A stretch of DNA of 37,213 nt. Source: Octopus bimaculoides. Lineage: Eukaryota. Positions 21,214-32,750 of this stretch are shown here, one piece after another. A program made the translations under genes and the position numbers. The stretch's first letter is position 1, and each line of letters begins with the position of its first letter. The notes under the pieces are model-generated. The model had not been told where the DNA came from. It was given only the letters and a program-made list of their open reading frames with translations, and ran no database searches. The DNA lies in the NCBI RefSeq assembly GCF_001194135.2, contig NC_068981.1, forward strand, positions 198,035,361 to 198,072,573, given 5' to 3'.

Positions 21214-24200
21214 TGCCATCATCATCACCATTTAACATCTGTCTTCCATCCTAACAGGATCCAAAGAACCAGAGAACTGCATTGAACTCCAATGTTTCTT
21301 TTGGCTTAATTTCTAGGGCTGGATGCCCTCCCTAATGCCAATCACATTACAGTAGCACTACTGAAGTCACCAAGTAATGAATCATAACATACCTGAAGAC
21401 TCTTCTTTGACAGAACCAGCTCCTACAGAGCACTGGAGCACTGGAGCAATGTAAAATGAAGTGTTTTACTCCAGCACAAAATATGTCAGCCCCATGTGGG
21501 AATTGAACTCATGATCTGGTGATTATCACAAGTGCAACATCCCAACCACTATGCCACACACCTTCACAATATATATCTAAAAATGCAAAACCCTTACCAT
21601 GTGTTCGTCTAAAAGTCGCTGCATCACAGCACTCTTGTGTTTCTCTTGTTCTAATTTCCCTTGGAGTTGAGCATCTTTGATTCGAAGGTCGTGGATTAGA
21701 GAGTCTTTGTCATCCTGGTTTACAAAGCAACAACAACAACAGGGTCATATTAATGTAATTAAGGTTTAGTAATTGAGGTGTCAGGGAATAACTGCATCAA
21801 ACATCTGGCCATTCTGTTCAATATTGACAGAGATCAGTGTGAAGCTGTATAGAGTAAGAAACTTTATAAATACAGGTTGCACACACACACACACACACAC
21901 ATGTCCAGCTGTATCTTCATCTAGAAACCCTGCCAGAGGAGATGTGAGGGACTAACGCAGTCCTCCAGTTTATTGGCTCCTGTCAAACCATCCGATCCAA
22001 GAAAAGATGATGATGAAATGGAGATGAAGTGAGAACATGGCTCCAGGGACAGTCAGCTACATCTCATCCTAAAACATATCATCATCCTCGTCTTTTAACG
22101 TCTGCTTTCCATACTGGCATGGGTTAGATGGTTTGACTGAAAACTGGTAAGCCGGGTTCCAATTTGATTTGGCAAGGTTTTTAAAGCTGGATGCCTTTCC
22201 TAACGCCAACCACCCCAAAAGTTGAGAGAGTGCTTTTTACATGCCACTGGCACTGACATTGGGCATGACTACAATCTCACAAGGCTTGACAGGTCAATGC
22301 AATCACGGTATATTGCCAAGGGTCTTGGTCACCTGTCACTGCCTTCAAGAGGCCCAATGCTTGAATGGTGCCTTTTACGTGCCACCAGCATGGGTGCCAG
22401 TCAGACGGCACTGGCATCAGCCATGGCTTTGATTTCCCTCAGCTCAACAAGTCTTCACAAGCACAGCATAACACCCAACGATTGAAGGGTGCTTTTAACG
22501 GGCCCAGTTACGCAACACTGGCCACAACTACAATCTCACTCAGCTTGACATCACTGTCTACACACCTATAGAACATGTCAGAGACTATCCATTCTTTGAC
22601 CAATCGGTTTTCTTGGTTCCAGGCCGACTCAATAATATACAAAGCACACTTTGATACTAAAAGACAAAAGAAATAAGGATGTTTCAATTCAAAATGTAAT
22701 TAGCATCAATTAATTATGGACTTACATTTAGTGGTTTCTCAAAATTTCTCTGGAATATCTTGACTTTATCTTTTTCACGGCGTAGTTCAATCTCTAGGTC
22801 ACTTTTTTGCAACTGCAATGTCTTCAGGTCACTTTCAAGACGTTCCTGAAAATATGAGCAGCATTATGAGTGAAAAACATAATGAAAGTTACATTATTTA
22901 CATTTGACGGATATTTGTCCTCATCTTGTTTGTTGTTGACACAACGTTTCGGCTGATATACCCTCCAGCCTTCATCAGGTGTCTGGGGGAAATTTCGAAC
23001 CTGGGTTCTCATTCCTAACGATGTTACTATTATTATATTATTATAGTTCTCTTAAATATAGAACTATAATAAAAGTTTCAAAATGAATGAAGAAGTGGAT
23101 AAAGTTTAGTAGTGCCAGCCCCTGTCAAACCATCCAACTTCCATGTCAGCAAGGGAAATGGGAGGAGGAGGAGGAGGAAGAGAAGGATTAAAGTGTTGCC
23201 ATGTCAACATCACTCATCTGCCAAGACCATAATGTCTTCACTCTCTACCTTGTATTTGTTGTTATTTAAAATGGGGGTTGTTGTCATTGCAGCTCCTTCA
23301 CCCATGTTCTTTCCCCCCCTTTCTTTCTTAATGGCTAACGACCCTTCTGTTACCAGCCCTTTCTAGTTTGGACTGGTGCAGTTTACTAAACCAGCTGTTC
23401 CAGTTAATGTGAAACATTGAGTATTCCATAGAATGTTGTCCTATTCTAGGTAACCCCGGCCATCCCCACATCCACCANNNNNNNNNNGATCGTCCGACAC
23501 TTTCAAAACATCATCAATTCGCTTCCGTTGTTGTATTTACCTTGGCATGTTGTGCTGATAAAAGCTTCTCCTTTGTCTCTTCCTGTAAATTGTCTCTTTT
23601 ATATTTGTTTTCTTGGAGAAGATTTTTCTGCTCAGCCAACACAGCTTTCATCTCTTCTTCCTGGCAGAAACAGAAATATATCAGAAACCATTTAATAATC
23701 ATCATCATCGTCGTCATTGTCATCGTTTAACATCCACTTTTAATGCTGGCATGGGTTGGACGATTTGACTGGGGTCTGGGAAGCCAGGAGGCTGCACCAG
23801 GCTCCAGTCTGATCTGGCAAGGTTTCAACAGCTGGATGCCCTTCCTAATGCCAACCATTCTGAGAGTGCAGTGAGTGCTTTTTACGTGCCACCGGTATGG
23901 GAGAGTAGAGGGAATAAATGAGAGAGTAGTTGCAGGAGAAGTTATCCAAATGGTGCTCTGTTGGTTATAATGAGAAGAGTTCCAGTTGATACAAACAGCC
24001 TGCTCATGAAATTAAACATGCAAGTGGCTGAGTACCCCACAGACACACATGTCCTTGACATGGTTTTTAGAAAGATTCAGCGTGACACAGAATATGAGGA
24101 TGATGATGATGATCTTTAGGAAACAACTGACTTTCTGGGGACGTGGCGGTATAATAGAAAAAACAATAACAAAGTGAAACACAGGCCTCTAGCTGTCTCT

Positions 24201-27200
24201 CCTGGATCACAATATTCTCACAGTTTTCTTAACTGCTTTTGTTTGTTTAGTCAGAGCAAATTGCAACTAAACATTTACAGGGGGAGAGAGAAGGGGAAAG
24301 AGAGAGAGAGAGAGCGAGAGAGCGAGTGTGTGCATATATGCACAATATGAATATATGACACGCACACAGCCATGTGATTACGATGCCTGACAACAAGTTT
24401 GCTACAACTATAGCACAGCACACACAGCATATGTTCAATGCAGGCCATCTTATTGACTATCACACAGCACTGGTATCACCTCACACTACAGGTTCTCTGA
24501 GACTCACAAATACAACAAACAGTCATAAAACACTTCCTTTATAAGAGTTACATGAAAAACAATATCACAATTTACACCTGGTGGAATTACTGGGAATCAC
24601 TATTTCAGGGGAGAGAATCACTTCTAAGTTCATATTTCTTATGTTGAGAAATCAATATGAAAGACTGGAAAGAGCATACATATATTTCCATATAATTCTT
24701 TAAGTCCCTGGTAGTTGTGGAGAGTACCATTTCGTCCTCTTTCTGAACTCTTCAGCATGATATAACTCGAGATTTTAAAATTAGTTAATCTAAATTCATT
24801 TAAAAGTTTAAAATGGTCTATTTCGGTCCCCCCCCCCACTTCTAACAGTGGAGAAAAGAAGGAAAGAGAGATAGAAATAGAGGGAGAAAAGCATTAACAA
24901 TAACTTCATTGTAGCATAAACATTACAACAACAAATTAGAAATAAGAAATTACCTTGTTTTGTAATTTTGAAATTTGTTTTTTAGCTGAAGATAAACAAT
25001 CTTGAAGTTCCTAATTAAAGAGAAAATTAAAACAAAGATAATTATCATAATCATCATCAGTTTTAATTGTATGTTAATCTGAATTACTTTACAATACAGG
25101 AACTTGGGAGAGTAAGTCATCCTTTCCATCTGTAGATTGGATGGCATTTTGGGCAAGAGCTGGCAACCCCTTAGCCTCCTGTACCCGGGATCGAGGGAGG
25201 ACATTGGATAACCAAGAAGGCAGAGGAGTCCTAGATCAAGGGCTTGAAGGTTATCATGGCCACGTGGAAGATGTGTGCCATCAGACAACTGTTGAGTGTC
25301 AACTAGGCAAATAAGGTGCAACTGGTGGGGGGCAACCCTATCATAGACCTTGCTCATTGTACTTTTGAACTTTGGAGTAGAGGCAGTCTGGTGGGTGGGG
25401 GNNNNNNNNNNNNNNNNNNNNNNNNNNNNNNNNNNNNNNNNNNNNNNNNNNNNNNNGGGGGGTGGGGGTGAACTACCTTACACACCATCCACAGGTGTTT
25501 TGACCAGAAAAAAGTCTGAACAGAATAATCAACATCTGCCGATGATAGCAACACATTTCAGTATCAGCTCTCTCTCCCCTGGGGGTAGCATGTTTACAGA
25601 ACCTCCCTCACTATTTCTGTCTCTGTTCAGCTATTGTATCGTGGCCACCTCTGTTTCTTTCACCTTCCCCATCCCCATACTGATATTTCCCACTAGTGTT
25701 CATCAATCACTACATTCACTTCTACCCTGCTCCCCCATCACTCCTTTCACACTCTTACCAACTCACCCACCATCCACCCCAACCTCCAGATCTCTTCTAC
25801 TCACCTTCTTGACCCACAAGAATACACTCTGACACTTCTGCTACAACTATCTTTATCTTCTTTCCANNNNNNNNNNCCTCTGTAGTGCGATACCTGTGCC
25901 AAGTCCGTCTACCATACTCTAACCTCTCAACACCTGCCATAAAGCCATCTTGCCCTCTACTACAACCTCCAATCAGTTGAGGGTTTTCCCCCCTTGTCTT
26001 GTGAATTACTTGGTAACCTCACCAATGCCAGTGCCTTGCAAAAAGGCACACAACATTTTCTCTAAAGAAACTGGTGATAGGAAGTCGCACCCAGCCACAG
26101 AAACCTAACCAAAATGGAAAATGATGTGGACCTTGAGCCGGTGCAGCTTCTGCCAAACCACCCAACTCATATCAGCGTGGAAGATGGACGCTAAATGAGA
26201 TGATGATGATGATGATGATGATGGATTCGTGCATGGGTCAGATGGAGTTTATTGAGGCATCCCTTCCTGCTGCCAACTCTCACCTCTTTCAAAGCAAGGG
26301 TAATATTTTCGCAGACCTGGACAGACATTTTTTTACAGAAGATTGGAAAGAAAGGGACACTGCTTGTATGATAGTGACACTCCTTTGCAACTGTTATACG
26401 ATGTCAAAACAAGGAAATAGAAACACACACACACACACCAGAAAACGTAGTCTTTTCACTAATCTGCCAGCAAACTTCTCTTAAAAATTAAGGACTCAGA
26501 GGCTAATAACACACTTTGAAGTATAGGGTGAGTGTGTGTGTGTGTGTGTTCTTTATATGATGACAGGGACACAGCTAATGAATATTCGTTTTGTGGAGCC
26601 AGAGTCACAACTAATGAATATTCATGGTGAAACAAAAGAAACTTATTTCTTACTCTGTTTGTTGATTGTTCTTTCTCCAATTCCATTCTTAACTGGCTTA
26701 TTAGTCTATCTTGGTCATTGTTTTTAAGTTGATGTAACCTGCAGACAAGGAAAAAATATATAGAGTTATGTAACCTACAGTATATTGTCAAGTTGGCACA
26801 GACACACACACACACACATATATATAATCTATACAAAGAATAAACTCCATAAAGGAACACATTGTGACGACCAGTGTTAGATGAGATCATTTGATAGTCT
26901 GGGCCATAAACACCCCCACACCCACATATTGGTCTCAGATTTTGGCAGAAGGGGGTAGCAGGGTCAGGGAAGGAGAGTAAGTTAGTTGACCCCATTGACC
27001 CCAGTACACAACTGGTACTTAGTTTATTGACCTTGAATGGATGAAAGGCAAAGTCAGCTTCAGCAAAACTTGAACTCAGAACGTAAAACAGACGAAATGC
27101 TGCTAAGCATTTTGCCCAGTGTGCTAACGATTCTGCCAGCTTGTTAACTTAGATACACACACTTAATGAATGATGATTGCAGAACTTTTAATGAAGCTCA

Positions 27201-30200
27201 AAGCAAGAAAAGGCAAAGTGGTTCCCTGTTGGATTTGAACTCAGAACCCAACGGTACATAAGTAAATAGTGCAAGATATTGAGACCAGTCTTGTGATTCC
27301 AACACTCCCCAAAATCCTTGCAGCTGAGAAAAGAAACATTAGGCACAGGAATGGCTGTGTGGTAAGTAACTTGCTTACCAACCACATGGTTCCGGGTTCA
27401 GTCCCACTGCATAGCACCTTGGGCAGGTGTTTTCTTCTATAGCCTTGGGCTGATCAAAGCCTTATGAGTGGAATTGGTAGAGAGAAACTGAAAGAAGCCC
27501 ATCGTGTGTATATATATATATATATGTATGTATGTATGTATGTGTGTCTGTGTTTGTCCCTCCACCATTGCTTGCCAACCGATGCTGGTGTGTTTACATC
27601 CCCGTAACTTAGCAGTTCAGCAAAAGAAACTGATGGAATAAGTACTAGGTTTACAAAGAATAAGTCCCGGGGTCGATTTGTTCAACTAAAGGCGGTGCTC
27701 CAGCATGGCCGCAGTCAAATGACTGAAACAAGTGAAAGAATGAAAGAATAAAAGAACCTGTCCATATTCTTCAACCTCTCCTGGTAAGTGGCCAAATCCT
27801 GTTTCATGCTGTCCCGTTCCCCTTGCACTTGTACCAAGTCCTGCTGATATTTATCTCGTTCTTCTTGCAGTCTTTTCAGATTATCATTCATCTGCCGTTT
27901 TTCTAAGCTTGAAGTATTGTCTTTCAACTCCATCTGATGCTGGATGTCTTTGGTCAATATCTCTGCACTTTTCTACAATGACAGGAAAATAAACTCGTGA
28001 AACTGAAAACCATCAAATATTTTCTTGATATTATCAAAAACGAAGGTAGAGGAAGCAAGATTTTTAATGCTGCAACATCTATAATATATAATAGTCCAAC
28101 CCATGCTAGCATGGGAAGCAGACATTAAACGCTGATGATGATGATGAATATATAGTGAAATAATATCAGAAAAATTTTTTTAGAAAGATATATACATCAT
28201 CGTCGTTTAACATCCGTTTTCCATGCTAGCATGGGTTGGACGATTTGACTGAGGACTGGCAAGCCAGGAGGCTGCACCAGGTTCCAATCTGATTTGGCAG
28301 AGTTTCTACAGCTGGATGCCCTTCCTAACGCCAACCACTCAGAGTGTAGTGGGTGCTTTTACGTGCCACCTGCACGAAGGCCAGTCAGGCGGTACTGGTA
28401 ACAGCCACACTCAAAATGGTGTATTTTACGTGCCACCTACACAGGAGCCAGTTCGGCGGCAGTGGCAACAATCTCGCTTGAATGTCTTCTCATGTGCCAG
28501 GAAGGCGACGTTGGTAATGATCAACGGCCATGCTCGAAATGGTGTATTTTACGTGTCACCTGCACAGGAACCAAAAAATATATGTAAATATGTATAAGTA
28601 TAAATATTTAATAATAATAATAATAATAATATGACAGTTCAAACATTTATAGACAATACTTCTGCTCCTCAGAGATATAAAATGAAGTTTGTATAATTTA
28701 TTGAATTTTTTGAAAATATTAAGTAATATGGGAAAATGGTGTTTGTTTGAAATATAAAAAAGTTAATGCTTTTGATTTTGGTAAATACACTTTAGTATGA
28801 GAATCTTGAAATTTGTATATACCTCCTTGGTAAGTCTTCTGCAGTAATCAATAATAATTTTGTATAATATATGGTATATTGTCAGGAAATTGTTGATATT
28901 CCAGTCTTTGAGAGTTATTTTTCAGTTGTCCTGCTGGGTTGTATTGGTGTGTTTCTGTGTCTTCAGCTGGTGACTGGTCAGAGAAGCAAAGAACATGTCC
29001 AGCCTCTGTCACGTCAACAACATTCACAATGTAACGAACACAGATGTAATACATTAGACATCAACACAACTGGCAACTGCATCGGTCACGAGGAGGATTC
29101 CAGTTGATTTGATTAATGAAACAGTTTGCTCCTTAAATTAACAAGTGGCTGAGTACTCCATCATTCTCTGGGAGATTCAGCATGACATGGAAATGTGACG
29201 AGGCTGGCCCCTTTTGAATTACAAGTACAACTCATTTTTGCCAGCTGAGTGGACTGGAGCAATGTGAAATAAAGTGTCTTGCTTAAGGACACAACTGGCA
29301 GCCATGTACCAGCCTCACAATCTTACAATTGTGGAGATGACTACCCTAACCCTAACCCTAACCCTAACCCTAACCACTAAGCCATGTGCCTTCCTCCGAC
29401 AGGTATTACTGCTGTGGGAAGAGTGGTCGACAGACCAACAATAGTTAACTCTTTGGCAATGAGGTGGAAGTGGTAGTGGTGTGGGTGACATGGGGTGGAC
29501 TTAAATGGTGGTGGTGGTGGTGGTGGGACATTGACAAAGGAAGAAGTGATGGCTGTTCAGTGACCAAAACAAATGATTGTGTAATTATTCACCTTCCCTT
29601 CCTGCAATTCTTCAATGACTCGATGCAATTCCACAGTCTCAGACAATTGCCTCTGGCTTCTCGACATTTCTTCCTGAAAACAATAAAACACACACAACAA
29701 CTCAAACAATGGAAGCGATACATTATACAGGGGGGAGGGGTGGCATGTGCATATGAACGTGTGTGTGTATGCCTGTGTAAGTGAGTGTATGTGTGCACAT
29801 GTATGTACGAGTGTGTATATGTATAGGCATGTACAGTTGTGTGTGTGTGTGTGTGTATATATTATTTTCTCTCCCTGTTTATTTCTGTGTTCCTTTCCGA
29901 ACGAAGAGCATAGGCGCAAAACGTAAACGACTTTCTCACTTCCCGAGTGTTAAACAAATATACCTGTTTGTTGTTTACACACCCGTCTTCGTCTTTTGTT
30001 TATTTGTAAATTCTCACTACTAATATAAATATAGTTTATGATTATGATGGTGAAATAGTTGTGTGTGTACACGTATCAAATACTGCAACATAACTGACAA
30101 GCTGAACCACTTACAGCTTATATATCATCATCATCATCACTACCACCACCATCATCATCATCATCATCACCATCGTCATTATCATCATGATTTTCATGTC

Positions 30201-32123
30201 TGCTTTTCTATGCTGGCATCGGTTGGGCTATCTGACTGAATCCAATCAGTCAGAGGAGGACCAGTGTCTCAGTTCCAGCCTGGTTTCTTTGGCTGGATGT
30301 CCTTCCTAACACCAGCTGCTGGACAAACTACCCTGGCTGCTTGTTTATGATATCATTTACATACATGATATATATATATATATATATATANNNNNNNNNN
30401 NNNNNNNNNNNNNNNNNNNNNNNNNNNNNNNNNNNNNNNNNNNNNNNNNNNNNNNNNNNNNNNNNNNNNNNNNNNNNNNNNNNNNNNNNNNNNNNNNNNN
30501 NNNNNNNNNNNNNNNNNNNNNNNNNNNNNNNNNNNNNNNNNNNNNNNNNNNNNNNNNNNNNNNNNNNNNNNNNNNNNNNNNNNNNNNNNNNNNNNNNNNN
30601 NNNNNNNNNNNNNNNNNNNNNNNNNNNNNNNNNNAACTGTCAAATTTAGCCCAGACACACTGGACGCTCATGTACACACCACAGACATACACATCTAAGT
30701 ACATACTCGAAGTTTCTGATTTTCTTCCTTCAGCTGAACCATTTCCGCAGAGAAATTCTGATCAGGTAAACTTTCTGACTAAAAAAGAAGAAAAACTTTG
30801 AGAGATAAAGATTTCATTGAAAATGCAAATTTCTTGTTAAATCCTTATTCACAATATCAATGAGAGGGAGCATAGGGATGGCTGCCACATTAACAAGTTT
30901 GCTATCCATCTATAATAGGTGTGTGTGTGTGTGTGTGTGTGTGTGAAGGTGCTCATATTTGTTCACGTAAAAAGCACCATCCAAACATGGTCGATGTCAG
31001 ATCCACCTGACTGGCTCCCATACCGGTGGCACATAAAAAGCACCAACCAAATGTGTCCAATGCCAGTACCCCTAGACTGGCTCCTGTGCTGGTGGCATGT
31101 AAAAAGCACCTATTACACCCTCGGAGTGGTTGGCATTAGGAAGGGCATCCAGCTGTAGAAACTCTGCCAGATGAGATTGGAGTCTGGTGCAGCCATCTGG
31201 CTCACTAGTCCCCAGTCAAACCATCCAACCCATGCCAGCATTGAAAACAGACATTAAACGCTGATGACGATGATGATGTTGATTCAATTTTTGGACATGG
31301 TAGTGCATTGTATTCTTCATTTCCCACTGCACCAGTCCACTCAACTGTAAATGGGTAACTCTGCAATGGAACCCCCCCCCCCCAATCAGGGGGAAATGTT
31401 GACCAGCTTCGTCTAGCCAACAGAGTGGCATCATTCATAAAGCTAAAACAATGTTAAACACACTGTGACCAGTGATGTGTAATAACATTCAATAGTCAGG
31501 TCAATACTGTGATACTATGAGATATATATATATACATACATACACATATATATATATATATAAACAAAGTTTAGGTAAGTTAAAATATGTTTGTGCCATA
31601 TTTCAACTGTTAAAAGGCAAATTCACTAGAGGTCCTGCAGCTAAACTTTTTCTCTTATGGTAAGAAGGAGTGAAAACATCCTATCTTTTCAGTGTTGCCA
31701 TCTATCAGGATTCCCAGACATTGATGTTTCTTGCTCATTGGCTTTTATCAATGGGAAGTACCTAAGAGAGGCTACTCAGAGCAAATCTTATAAAGTAAAA
31801 GCTTCATGTAAAATGCAGTCAACAATGTTGAGTGATTTGCACTGGAAGATCGCCAGATTGTGGAAATGTAACAAAGTATTAGCGCCAAGAGTGCTTAGGC
31901 ATCAGCAAAGTTTAGGTTGGGTAAAATATGCTTCTGCCATGTTTCAACTTCCAAAAGGGAATCCTGACACAGAAAGGATATGCTGTTTTCACACCTTTTT
32001 ACTATAAGAGAAATATTTTCTCTGCAGTAAATTTGCCTTTTAGCTTCTGAAATGTGTCAAAAACATATTTTAACTAACCTACACTTTGCTTATGCCTAAA
32101 CGCTGCTTGGCACTAATATTTCA

Positions 32124-32160
<37 letters not shown>

Positions 32161-32657
32161 TGTAATACCATGAGATATATACCATCATCATTATTTAACG
32201 TTTGTTGTCCATGCTGGCATAGGTTGGACAGTTTGATTGGGGCTGGCATGCTGGAAGGCTGCACCAGACTCCAGTCTGATTTGGCATGCTTTTTATGGCT
32301 GGATGCCTTTCCTAATGCCAACCACTCCACAGAGTGTAATGGGTGCTTTTAAGTTCCACTGGCATGGGTGCATCTTGAGAGAAAAGTTGGGAATAAGAAG
32401 CACCAGGTGTGATGTGCAAGAGACACAACTGCACTGGTATGGTCATGTGATGTGTATGGATGAGGACAGCTGTGTAAAGAAGCGCTGATCCCTAACTGTG
32501 GAGGGAACTTGTAGAGGTAGACCCAAGAAGACATGGGACGAGGCGGTGAAGCAGGGTCTTCGAACTTTGGGCCTCACAGAGGCAATGACTAGTGACTGAG
32601 ATTTTTGGCAATATTCTGTGCTTGAGAAGACACATCAAGGTAGGGGAGGGAGGCTAA

Positions 32658-32750
<93 letters not shown>

